From Selaginella moellendorffii (lineage: Eukaryota > Plantae > Lycopodiophyta), in assembly GCF_000143415.4 (NCBI RefSeq), contig NW_003314261.1, forward strand, positions 2,925,266-2,989,265: a stretch of 64,000 nucleotides of DNA, read 5' to 3'. Each line of letters opens with the position of its first letter. The stretch's first letter is position 1. The position numbers and the translations under genes were made by a program. Under the pieces are notes generated by a model. The model made no database searches, was not told the origin of the DNA, and saw only the letters and a program-made list of their open reading frames with translations. Shown piece by piece: positions 10,101 to 21,099 of the stretch.

Positions 10101-13100
10101 AACTATAAGGCAACTAAGCAAGAGGTGCAAAATAACTGGTTAAACGGGTAGAAGGTAGCTACCCAAGACTTCTTAATAGCATAAGGAAGTTGGATATACC
10201 CTTACGGGGGATAAGTTGCTTGTGTTGCGATATAGTAAGTCAATGTCATAAAAGAAAATACTCATTGTCAAGAAAGCCATCATTGGGACACTCAGACACT
10301 CTAGAACACCAGAAGGTGGTGTTTGATGTCACGAGGGCAATGGATAAAGCCCAAGGGACTAAATCCCTAGCGAATGATGGATAGAAGGTGCTATCCAAAT
10401 GTCCAAGGTTGCGGAGACAGGAGAGGACTGTCTACCCGAGTTGGACAAAGCCAAAAATGGAATTTTGGTAAGGCTAGTGATGGGCATGTAAAGGCCCGTA
10501 AGCAACAATGTAATCCCAGTGTGTGGGATTATAAGGTGAGCATACCCGGATTGAGGAACCACTCCCTAGGCTATTGGGTAGGTTCATCCCTAAGAATACT
10601 TGCTAAAGCGTGATAGAAAGTGCAAAGCTATCCTCCTGGTCTGGAGGAGAATGACCAAAGGAAAGGTGTGAAGCCAAAAAAGCAAGAAGTAAGGGGATAG
10701 AACCGAACCGTAGGAATCAAAGGGCATAACCAAGGTTGGTTATGCCAGCTGGGAGTGGAGAATCAAGTGGGGCTCAAGGGGGTTGTCGCTAGCAACCGTG
10801 ATGCCATGGAGAGTCTAAAATATGGAATTGTCCATGTTAGACTATGTGGCATTTGGAAGGCTTGCAAAAAGGGAGGCCTTAGCAAGCTGAGGGACAGAGT
10901 TCCTTCAAGGGTCCCAAAGACGATTCTAGGTAACTTAGTACCTAGAAAGGCCAAGTGTAAATGGTTCATGGAACGCGCGAAATCAGAGTGGCGCAGCAGA
11001 AGCGTGGTCTTGAAGCTTGCCATGAGGCAAGGCTATCAAGGTTAGGGAAGTAGTTCCCGAGTGTTCAAAGAGAGGGCTTTGAACGAAAGTCGATGGTCAA
11101 GGACTTTCACGCTTATGCAGGAACCATGTTACAGTGGTCGGAGGACTTGCCAAGCGAGATTGGCACGTCGGGGGAACAAGTACCCTAGTTGAAGGTGATA
11201 ACTTCAAAAAGGGTGGGCCATGGGGCCGAGCATGGAGGAGTCCGTGCATGATCACAGACATGTCAAGTGAGAGGACTTGGCAGTGTGGAGGAACTAGGTT
11301 CCTAAGCTGTGATCTGTAGCGCGCTTTAAAAATAAGTTGGTGCACCGGCGTGGGGAGTCACGCCAGGCATCTAGTGTGATGCCGTTCGTAGATGCATATA
11401 CAGAGGTTGGGTTCGAGTCCCGACCCTCTAGTGCTTGGGTTCGAGTCCCAAATCACTAGGGCGTGGTGATGGTTTGGAATATGAGGACACTCATATTTCG
11501 GTGGTCATGGACTCTCAGTGGGGAGACTGGTTTGGGCACACCGCCAAGCGAGGGATGCCTCGGAGTCGTGATGCACGATTAGATTGCTTAGTGTGAAAGC
11601 TCAGCATATCTAACTTGAACGCTTTGGTGCAAGTGGCACCAAGGTCGTGGTGAGTGAGATGGGGACACCTAATCTCAGTTGCTATGAACCCTTGGCCGTA
11701 AGGGCTGGCTTGGGTGCACCGCCAAGTGTGGGGGATGCCCCCGGGGTTATAATCAACAACTTGGAGGTCTAGAAGACCAAGTACCTCTTGGCAACTCTAT
11801 TAAGGTGCCAAGGTGAGATCACTAGGTGATCTTATGGCCAGATAAGGACAAGGTCCTTGGTTGGCTAAGGAATGAAGTTCCTGGTTCAAAATGTTGAAAT
11901 TGAACTATTTAAGGTGGTGTGGCTTGGTCGTGATAACCAAGTGGGAAGAGCACCTAAGGGAAATAAACTATGTCCGTGAGATGGCATAGTGAGTCCGAGG
12001 AAAGTAGTCTCCATAAAAGACCCATGGGAGGGTCACGAAGTTGGGCCGTGGATAGAGCCCATAGTAGAAGATGCTAAAGAGACGTACTAGGGGTGAACAT
12101 CCTCCGGACTTGGCAAAGAAGAATCTTTACTATGGAACCGAAACAATACCTCAAGGAGGGAGGTAGAGATTCAATGTTGCTTGGTGCAACAATCAACGGA
12201 TAGGAGCAAAAGATGAGTGGCCAAGATAGGGCCGTGGAATCCCTTGGGAGGAATCCAAGTGACAAAGTTAGGCGAGGAACACTAATGTGTTGGACGCTAA
12301 CAAGTTGCGGGAAAGGAAGTGTGTTTCCAAGGAGGGATTCCGAATTGCTCTGATTTGGCGAAAGTGGAAGCTCCAAGGGAGGGAGTGGTAAGATAGCCAA
12401 ATGATAGGGCGATGGACAACCCTAGCACAAAGTGTGATAAATGGAACTTAGTGCCCAAGGTGGCACGAAATAGAAGAGAGGATGATGGTGCCCTCAAGTA
12501 ATGAACTTCCTAGGATAGGGAAGTGGAGTTGCACAATCTGTGCAATGCAAGGTGTTGGAGACACCTAGGAAATTGACTTCCAAAAAGTCAAAAGAGTAAA
12601 AGTTCCAAGGTGCAAACATTCAATAGATGGAAATTGAGACTAATCAAGAAGGAGTAGTGGGATTGACTTAGAGAAGGGTCTCTAAGAGGTTTAGCGAGAA
12701 CTAAACCAATAAAAGGGGAGAACCATTACATGTGGTCCAATCAGTCTCTAAGTTGGAGAGACTACGCTCCTTAAAGGATGGACAAGGCATGGTGAGCCTT
12801 TGATGTCAAACCATAGACAAAGATTGGCTAGGTGCCAAGGATGGAAATGGTAACACGTGTGGGTGTTACTTTATGAAACGGTTTACCGTTCGATGAGGAC
12901 ATCGAACTTCGTCTATGGGTGGTGGAGTTGTGAGACACAAAATCCCTAGGCCCCAAAGTGGAGCCGGAAGGGCGCCACATGGTAGTGGCTGAAGCGAGAG
13001 CCAAACGAGCGTAACACGTTTGGACCAAAAGCTCCGACTTGAGAAGTCAAGAGCGGGAGTGGAACTCCCAACGAAGTGCTCGAGGAACGAGCACGAAGCG

Positions 13101-14667
13101 AGCAAAAGGCGAGGCTCCAAAAAGGGACCCAAAAGGACCAACACATGACATGTGGGAGTGTCCGAGATGGAGTCCGAAGTGGAGTCCGAGGTGGACCCGA
13201 GATGGACCCGAGTTGGAGTCCGAAGTGGAGTCCGAGATGGAGTCCGAAGTGGAGTCCGAGGTGGACCCGAGATGGACCCGAGTTGGAGTCCAAAGTGGAG
13301 TCCGAGATGGAGTCTGAGGTGGACCCGAGATGGACCCGAGCTGGAGTCCGAAGTGGAGTCCGAGATGGACCCGAGATGGAGTCCGAGATGGAGTCCGAGA
13401 TGGAGTCCGAGGTGGACCCGAGATGGACCCAAAATGGAGTCCGAGATGGAGTCCGAGATGGACCCGAGATGGAGTCCGAGATGGAGTCTGAGATGGAGTC
13501 CGAGGTGGAGTCCGAGATGGAGTCCGAAGTCGAGACCGAGACCGGGACCGAGACCGAGACCGAGATCGGGACCGAGACCGAGACCGAGGCCGAGGCCGAG
13601 ACCGAGCCCGAGCCCGAGTCGAGTCCGAACCCGAGTCCAAGTCCGAGTCCGAGTCCGAGTCCGGAGCCTGAGAGGGTGAAAGCCCAAAGCGTTCGTCTCC
13701 CAGACCCTGGGGGGTTTGGTGAGCTCCAAAAGTATAGTAGGGGGAGGACTGCAGTGGAGCCAGTTTGGCCAGGAAAGGCCAGTTTGGCCCAGGAAGGCCG
13801 GACCCAGTGTTGGGTGATGAGCTGCCCACTAGGAAGTCCAAGACTAGAGTGAACACGGACTGACAAGCGGGGTAGCTTGGTGAAGTGTTCAAGAGCCGGC
13901 TCTAGTTCCCCCGGGAGATCGACTGGCCGATGCTCCCAGTCCAAGTGTGGGTGGCACTACCTACTTGGATACCAGGCGTGGCTCAACGGAACCTCGCTCT
14001 AAGCCCATGGCTAGAGCACCTAAAGGCGATAGGTGGGGAGAGTACCCAGGTGGCTCGCGTAAGGCCACGGTGTTCCGAAATGTCGTCCCAAAGGCCCAGA
14101 CTGTGGGAAGGAAGAGGAGCAGTCCTCTGGGGTAGTGACCAAGGACACAGTCGTGTGGTGAGGAAGTCCCAGAGGACCGTGGGACTTAGTGGTCGGGCCT
14201 GTGGGCCTCGATCCAGTGGCAGTGTTGTCAAACACGGCCAGGGGCAGAAAGGGACTTGGTAGGAACTGACAAAGGGACTTTGGGGAAGGCGATTCCCCAG
14301 GTCTGTGGGCATCCTAAGGATGCTAAGGAGTGGATCTAGGATGACCTCTCATGGATAGGTGGTGCAGTCTTGGAGAGACGGGACGGTGATGCCAGTGGTA
14401 TTGGACCACTAGTGCAGCAGAGGTGAATGGGCATGGCCTTAGCAGAACGGGCCGAGATGTCAGTGGTACCTTTGGGTGTTGGTCGTGGGATCGGACACGT
14501 GGAGCACTTGGACCAAGTGCAAAAGTTGAGTGGCATGGATGCCATTCTCGGGGCTAGCAAGCCCCAAGTCCTGAATGGGACTTATGGAGGTTGTGAATGA
14601 GACTCCTCCAAGTGGTCGGAGGTGTGGTTAAGTGACTAAAGTAGAATGGAAAAATTAGTCGCTTACA
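7122..14667 (+). mobile_element. Young, complete non-autonomous (LARD-like) LTR retrotransposon, family A
   Basis: LTRs 7122-8860 and 12929-14667 are 1739 bp each; I found only 3 substitutions between them. TSD TGAAA on both sides, PBS tggtatcggagc at 8864-8875, PPT-like gggtggtggag at ~12917-12927. The 4.07 kb internal region has no ORF over ~110 aa. Confidence 0.95.
7352..7862. repeat. GC-rich minisatellite inside the family-A LTR (12-bp gagatgga(gt/cc)cc units followed by 6-bp gag(a/c/t)cc units)
   Basis: Directly visible tandem units. Also present at 13159-13669, 5221-5705, 2445-2606/3525-3680 and 1435-1519. Confidence 0.95.
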
Positions 14668-14737
14668 TGAAACTCCTCCAAGTAGTCAAATGTGTGGTTA
14701 AGTGACTAAAATAAAATGGAAAATTTAGTCACTTACA

Positions 14738-16046
14738 GTATGTCATAAGAGTGCAAAGTTTTATTAGTGCTTCACCATATAAACTCCTATATAGTCATGA
14801 TCCAATACTATTAATAGAGTTGAGTTTACCTTCATGATTGCCAAAAGCTGTTAATACTATGTCTTAGGATTAGTATTTGATAAACATTCTTCCACTTATC
14901 TAAGCAGAGTTTGCCAAAAACCTAGGCTATGTACAAGTGGGACAACAATAATGCTACAACTCCCATCATCATCCACCTGCAGAATACAAAATGGATAACT
15001 TGGTGTTATTCTGTTTTCCCAATTTTATGGTATATGGTTTATCTAAAGGGCTTATTGTTTAATAGAAGGGACCATATCAGGTGCTACTGTAAGCAACCAA
15101 AAGGAACAACTCAAAATATGATTCATAGGGGTTCAAATATAGAAGGAAAAGGCCCATGAACAAATGTGTACCCCTTTGTTCAATCGATTAAGAGTTTTGG
15201 GATACTTGAGGTTAAATGTCTTTGGGTTTGAATAGTATTGGGTTAGTGAAATCTCAAGAAGTCTAAATCAAAGAGTTTATATTTGGTATTAGAGGGGTCT
15301 TAAGTTTGACTTTATTAGTTGACTTAGAGGAATTGCACCACATGTTGATTGATATCTGGTAAGTTTATTTTGCTCTGGCTAGGCTCGACCCAAGGGGTAG
15401 GGTGTCAAGAGAGCATGGCTCTTGGGAAAGTTGCAGTTCTCAACTTTCATTCACAAAGGTGTGAACTTGCAAGAAAGTGTGATGGATTATAAACAACTAA
15501 AAGAAACGACTCAAGAGATGATCCATAGGGGTTTAAATATAAAAGAAAAGAGCCCATGAATAAAGGTGCACCCCATTTTCTAATCAGTTAAGGGCCTTGG
15601 GATACTTGGGATTAAGTGTCATTGGGTTTGAATAATATTGGGTTAGGTGACCTCTTAGGAAGTCCAAATCGAGGAGCTTACAGTTATGGTAAATTAGACC
15701 ACAAATTTATGAGGTTTGGCATGATATCCAACAAATAAATCCTCCAGAAATTATACATGTGTAATGGCTGAAATGCTTTGTACAAAGGGATCATGAACAA
15801 TTGGCACCACTTACAAATCCATTGATACCTCCTCCTAATGTTCCTCTAGATCCTGACCCATCCACTATAAAAGGTCCAAGCATACAATTATAATGCCATA
15901 TACTAATATTAGTATAGTGGGATTTTAATAAATGTCAGATTGGTTTCAATCCAAACCACTTGCTTCTGTATATAAAGAGCAAGTGATAGTTTAGGCTAAT
16001 TGATATGCACATTTCTGTATTCCATTTCCATATTCCATGCACTCAT
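14738..16046 (+). mobile_element. Old Ty3/gypsy family-D remnant (integrase 3' end plus 3' LTR ~15866-16046), interrupted by a TRIM
   Basis: 14738-15087 and 15683-16046 are collinear with 62530-63277 of the family-D element. Confidence 0.8.
15088..15682 (+). mobile_element. Complete, aged Cassandra-type TRIM
   Basis: LTRs 15088-15281 and 15488-15682 (~194 bp) each carry a decayed 5S rRNA-like segment. Internal domain ~206 bp with PBS tggtattagag. Degenerate TSD gctac/gttat. Confidence 0.85.
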
Positions 16047-16753
16047 TAATAGAAAAATTGCTTAAATATGATGTTATAACTTTATTTAAGAACTAGAAAT
16101 TGCTAAGCAAATGTTAGTTAGTTGACAAAGTTTATTATTCAACATATGTTTCCTCTTCTCAATGTCTACCTTTTTCAATTTTCCTCACTTTATACAATAG
16201 TGCCATCTTGACTTCAACTAAGGATATAGAAGAAAAAGCTTTGCAAAAAAACTTTACAATTTGCTCCAATTCTCTTGTAGGACCCTACACCATTTTTTTT
16301 ATATAAAAAGATTCTAGTCATAGAAAGAGACAGGAAGAGTTTCTCACTAGAAACTACTTGGCTGCATAGGTGTTTACACAAAATCAAGAGCTCAAAGTCA
16401 TCCACTATTGGTAAAACAAACACCTTCAAATCTAAAGGTTTAGAGAAAAATTTGAAATTCAATCCTCTTAGATTCTAGTGTGTTACAAAATATACATTAT
16501 ATCATGTTATAGCAAAGTATCAAAAAGCCCTTTTCAACTAAAAGACCATGGATTTGTAATGTATAATTTAGAACACAGCCAAAATAGAGTTTCAAAATTC
16601 CATGGTACTTTCTTTCTAATTTTCAAATTCCTTGAGTGACATAGTATTATTTGAAAGAATTCATTCCGGATAGGAATGCTAGAATACTACTCAATTGAGG
16701 AGGAAGTATCTAAAAATAATTGTAGATACATTAGCAAGAGCTTCGTATCATAC

Positions 16754-17010
16754 TATTACTAATATAAGCTAAATATTAATATTATATTATTACCAATATA
16801 AGCTAAATATTATATTATAACTGAGTCAAGTAGTTAGAGGTAATAAAGACATACTTATTGCCAACAGGCCCCATCAAATCAAACACCACCAACTCAAATG
16901 GATAGGAAACTATAATTAATTTTAACCATCCTTTTGCAACATCAGGGGAATAATTATGAGCTATAATTTAATATTTAGCTTATATTAGTAATAATATAAT
17001 ATCAATATTT
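16754..17010. repeat. AT-rich inverted repeat (MITE/fold-back-like)
   Basis: 16754-16779 is the exact reverse complement of 16968-16993. 16771-16812 matches the reverse complement of 16969-17010 at 40/42. Confidence 0.6.
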
Positions 17011-17219
17011 AAAAATAATAATTTGAAAGAAAAAACTTAACCTTATTATAATCAATGTGCTCCTTGCAGCTTCTAAGGACAGACGATACCCCATTTGTGC
17101 TCAAGATATTCACCGAGGACAAAGTTCTCAGGGCCACTAGCATAGTTGAAGAGCATCCACCCACAGATTACAATCCAGAAGATTAACATATGGCATTTTT
17201 TGAGTTCAAAGAGTACACC

Positions 17220-19339
17220 TTACTTCAACAGGAAAAAGTCAAGTGTACCATTTCGTTGTCTTTTCTTGCGTGGAGGCGTAATGGCATCGAGCCATCGATT
17301 CTCGGACTTCTGCAGCTGTAAAGCCAAGTGAAAATCCAAATGTTGCTGCTTCGTTCGCTCGTCTAGAAATTCCACGCCACACTGGGAGCAGCAGCTATTA
17401 TTTTCCAGTCCAATCCTTCTCGATTCGGGCCCTGGAACTTGAAAAGGATATTTAAAGCTGTCCGCTGAGACGTCTTCCGCATCCTCTTCAAATTCGGTTG
17501 GACTGGAAGAGCTCGCAGGAATACACACTGAAACTTTGCTGATGTGTGTCGATTCTTCTCTCTCGATTCTTGCCTGTCTCTTCCCAAGAACTTGGGTTGG
17601 TGAAACGCCCGACTGTGTGTTGCATGGTCTCGCCATGAAGGAGCGTATATCTGCCGAGCTTGGAGAGCCATCTTTTATAAAGTTTGTTGCACCAATGTTA
17701 AGGACGCAAAACTCACGACCCTGGAGGCTTTGAGAAAGGAGTCTCAAGCCTGTCTCGACCAGCACTTGCGTTCTTCTTCCCAAAGGCACGGTCGCCAATA
17801 GCAGCTCTGCAGGCATCCCAGCTGATGTGCTCGTGAATTTCCTGCAGTTCCAAGTTATGATAAAAGACCAGAAGGAGTAGAACACTCGCTCACCAGACCC
17901 CTCGAGACTTCCATTTCACTGTAAAAGTTTTCGGTGTACGTTCCGTCTCGGCTTTGTCTTCGTCGAGCCTCGCAATCAAATCCGGAGCAAGACAGCTTAG
18001 AATCTCCTGAAGGCAAACAGAGGTTACACGTATGCAGCTCGAGTTAAGTCTTACTTTTGCTTTGTCCAGAGAAGAGCATGGTTTGAAGGAATCCTCAACC
18101 GAGAGAGACTTTGAAAAGCCCTTGTCTTGAACACGACTGTAGTCGTGGCCACGGCATGCATCAAACAGCTGGTTTCCAAATCGATCCCCAAACCTACATT
18201 CAGCAATGTAAAAATTTAAGCTTTTCACAGCATGCATTTTACGTACTTGGAAGACAATTGCGCCAGAGTAAGACTTTGCATATCTCCCATGGTTTCCACT
18301 CCCATTTCTTTTAGAGTTGCCTCTGTCTGCCTTCCAACTCCCGGGATCTGAAAGCTTTTCCTTTAAACATAAAAAGCACTCCATAAGAATGTTTAAGATC
18401 ACCTTACAAACTGGTAAAGGAACAATGAAATCGTTTACAGCTGACTGAGTAATACAGGTCTGCTTATTTGGCTTGTTTAGCGAGCAAGCCATTTTCGCCA
18501 GCATTTTCTGCACAAATGTAAAAGAATGACAAAGATGATACTCATGACGCAGGCACTTACATTGTGAGAAATGCCGCAGGAGCACTGATAGCCAGTTTCT
18601 TTTTCAACCGCGCAGCGAATTTCAGCAGCTAACTGAGTTCCCACCATCAACAACAGGTCTCCCTGGGTAGCTTGCGTAGTTAAATCACCGCCGAGTACAT
18701 GGCCGACAAACGAAGTTGGATTGGCACTTGCAACGCGTTTGAGAACTTCTTCAGTGACATCCACCGCACACTCGTCCAGACCTCTCCTGAAATATTCGTT
18801 TAGAAGCAAATACATAAGCAAAGTTAAAGCACATACTTCTCAACCGTCCCGAATCTCTTGATGACTTCCATGATCAGCTTGCTTGCATACCGATAAGGCG
18901 TGAGGTCCTCTCCATTGATCAGCACCAAGTCCGAGCAACTGCAAAATGATTCTATGTTTGTCTAACAGTAAAAAGACCAGCACTGAAAGCATACCATCTC
19001 TTGGCTTCGTCAACAGGAACCATTTTCGGGACTCCAAGCTGCCTAGCTACATAGTTGGAAGTAACAACAAGGAACTTCTGCAAGATATATCATTCCAACA
19101 AAAGAATTAGAACAGAAAAATGGGAAGACAACAAAAAAAGAAAGGACACCTGAGTGACACCGACTGGTCGATCTCGAAGCCAAGGACGTCGCAAGATCTC
19201 AGATTGAGCATAGAAGCAATCGACATCCTGTTAAGAAGAAAATCAAAACAGGGATAAACAGGAAGAGATACTAGATCGAAAGAAAAAGAACCGAGTTTAC
19301 CAGATGGATCACGACCCGATCGGTCGCTTTGGAGCTCAT
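17220..19339 (-). CDS. POLI: Y-family translesion DNA polymerase, iota-like (multi-exon)
   Basis: Manual GT-AG splicing gives MSSKATDRVVIHL/DVDCFYAQSEILRRPWLRDRPVGVTQ/KFLVVTSNYVARQLGV...VLINGEDLTPYR...RGLDECAVDVT, then CSCGISHN/KMLAKMACSLNKPNKQT and little-finger KSLSVEDSF. The C-terminus has a UBZ-like CxxC...HxDxH and a PIP-like TLDFF. Confidence 0.88.
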
Positions 19340-19352
19340 CCTACAAAAACTA

Positions 19353-19694
19353 CTACTGTAGCTGCTCAAACGGTCTCTTGCTCAAACTCTTCCCCTTCGC
19401 TTTCCTCCTCCACATTGTCGACTTCCTCCTCCTCCCCATCTTGATCGTACTCCTCCGGATCGTTCTCTGCCGTCGTCTTGCCCAGGATAATCCCCTCGTT
19501 CGCAGTCTTGATCTCGTTCCACTGGAAATCCCTCCAAATGAAACCCTGATGCTGCAGCTGTCAAGAAATGCGCTCACCTTCTCCTCGAGCTCGGCCTCCT
19601 CCTGAGCTAGCAGCGCCTCCTCGTTCGCAGCGATCGACCACTCCCAGGGATTCTCCACGCTGATCGGCTCGATGCTAGGGAACCAAGTAGACAT
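19353..19694 (-). CDS. Small hypothetical protein (~113 aa; acidic helical N-half, Arg/Lys-rich C-half) or uORF of the polymerase gene
   Basis: GC-rich, coding-like ORF from ATG 19694 (MSTWFPSIEP...). Its stop lies 13 bp upstream of the polymerase ATG. No family recognised. Confidence 0.35.
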   Translation of the reverse strand: MSTWFPSIEPISVENPWEWSIAANEEALLAQEEAELEEKVSAFLDSCSIRVSFGGISSGTRSRLRTRGLSWARRRQRTIRRSTIKMGRRRKSTMWRRKAKGKSLSKRPFEQLQ

Positions 19695-19702
19695 TCTAGA
19701 CA

Positions 19703-20210
19703 ATAAATGGGAAATCTAGGGTTCTTCATTAAAGGAAATTAGATAGCTTGTGTTTGTAGATATGTGTCTCGGCTATGTTCTATCCCCAAATATGCCTTCG
19801 TCTCGGTCTGACAGACTACAAATAAGACTCTTCGATGCAAGCACACGTCCACCAGACTCTTGCTCGGATCATACTCGCATATATCTTTCCATATAAGTCT
19901 AGAACACTACTTGCTAGCCTTCAGAGATTGGTTTCACAGCGATTACAACTAGAAACTCAACAAGAAGATCGTAGATGAGATGTTTGAGAGAATTTTCCGC
20001 AAGAGACTGGGAGAGTGAAGCCGAGCTGATTGGCATCTCTCGGAGAAGCGTTAATGTTCGTCCCACCGAATTCTTCTTCATAAAGTGCTGACAGACTTCA
20101 CGCGAGGTTTTGCAGCACTACCTACATCCACGCATCAGATTCTTTTGAGTCAACACAGCTTTGCTTTGTGAGGGTGAATTGTAGAAATTTGTATTGATTT
20201 CATTTTTCAG
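19703..20210 (+). pseudogene. Heavily deleted duplicate of the NUDX9-like gene
   Basis: Short blocks collinear with 21070-22380 (e.g. tatgccttcgtctcgg.ctgacagactaca; gagctgattggcatctctcg; gattcttttgagtcaac) are separated by many deletions. No start exon. Confidence 0.85.
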
Positions 20211-20430
20211 GAAATAAAAATGACTCTATGACTTAATTATTTAATATTCATAATAATTAGGGAAAATTACGATTGTACCAATATAAATGCCAAGATTTCA
20301 AGCAATAATTTGTAGACTTCAAAATGTCTACAATCTATTATTTGTGTAAGCTGACGGCTTGACTATGCTTGACACCCTTGTCGTTTTATTATGATCATAA
20401 ACATCTCTTTAGCCACAACAAATAGGCAAA

Positions 20431-20814
20431 ATGTTTTTTAAGATCGTCCCACTTTTATTATTTCTCATTTCAAAATCTTATTCAGACCCGATTGTTAGAT
20501 GCTTCGCTCGCAGAACACCAAATACTGATCCCCTGTCCATGTGTAGAGCACAGGGTATGTGCTGGAGACAATTAGTAGGCAACAATTTTCAGACTGGAAG
20601 TTACGTGGGTCTAGACGGCACTGCGTATGTACGGATCGGAATGTTTCGACATAGAGGCTACTACGTAACCTTGGACGATTTTAATAATGCTATGGCCCAA
20701 ATTTACAATACGTGCATTGCTCACGGTTACATGGGAGGCTATGCGCGTTTCTATAACCATACATGCTTGTCGAATTTAGAAGCCCAGCAATGCCTACTAC
20801 TTTCAACCAGGTGA
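20431..20814 (+). CDS. Small secreted Cys-containing protein, copy 1 (C-terminal frameshift; possibly a pseudogene)
   Basis: Signal-peptide-like N-terminus; clear paralog of 22615-23040. A 10-bp deletion (gaaggagtac) at ~20755 shifts the frame, and the ancestral tail continues in another frame to ~20846. Confidence 0.7.
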   Translation: MFFKIVPLLLFLISKSYSDPIVRCFARRTPNTDPLSMCRAQGMCWRQLVGNNFQTGSYVGLDGTAYVRIGMFRHRGYYVTLDDFNNAMAQIYNTCIAHGYMGGYARFYNHTCLSNLEAQQCLLLSTR

Positions 20815-21099
20815 AAATCAATGGACCGATTTGTGATTTAGCTTGAGTGAGAGGAAAAATAATAATCTAAAGTTTCAATCTCTCTCCTATCCTTTCTCCT
20901 CATAAGTTTCCTTCTCTTCACACCATGTTTCTTGCTTGACCTTTGTTATACGTACTTTTGATTAGTTCTTCGTGACTGTGATGTTCTATATTTGCACAGG
21001 ACAGCGCATGGAAGACGGTCACCGCGTTGAATTCTCTAGTCAACCTGGAGGCATCTCGTGCGATGCAACATAAATGGGGAATTTAGGGTTCTTCATTCC

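Larger units (their letters stand above)
2218..14737 (+). mobile_element. 3' LTR of the old family-A element, split by four nested insertions
   Basis: Segments 2218-2606, 3525-3792, 4943-4985, 6346-7121 and 14673-14737 join into one family-A LTR from TGTGAGAC to ACTTACA once the insertions are removed. Confidence 0.85.

Noticed and set aside
11330-11470. tRNA gene
   Set aside because: T-arm/B-box motifs are present, but I could not fold a cloverleaf with D and anticodon arms. Reported as a finding instead.
5082-14560. Many overlapping 100-330 aa ORFs on both strands (MESE/GVRD/WSPR/LGLH repeats)
   Set aside because: They are translations of the stop-poor LTR minisatellite in all frames and are not genes.
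7122-14667. Near-identical 1.7 kb direct repeat as an assembly error or segmental duplication
   Set aside because: TG...CA ends, PBS, PPT and a 5-bp TSD show that it is a genuine LTR pair.
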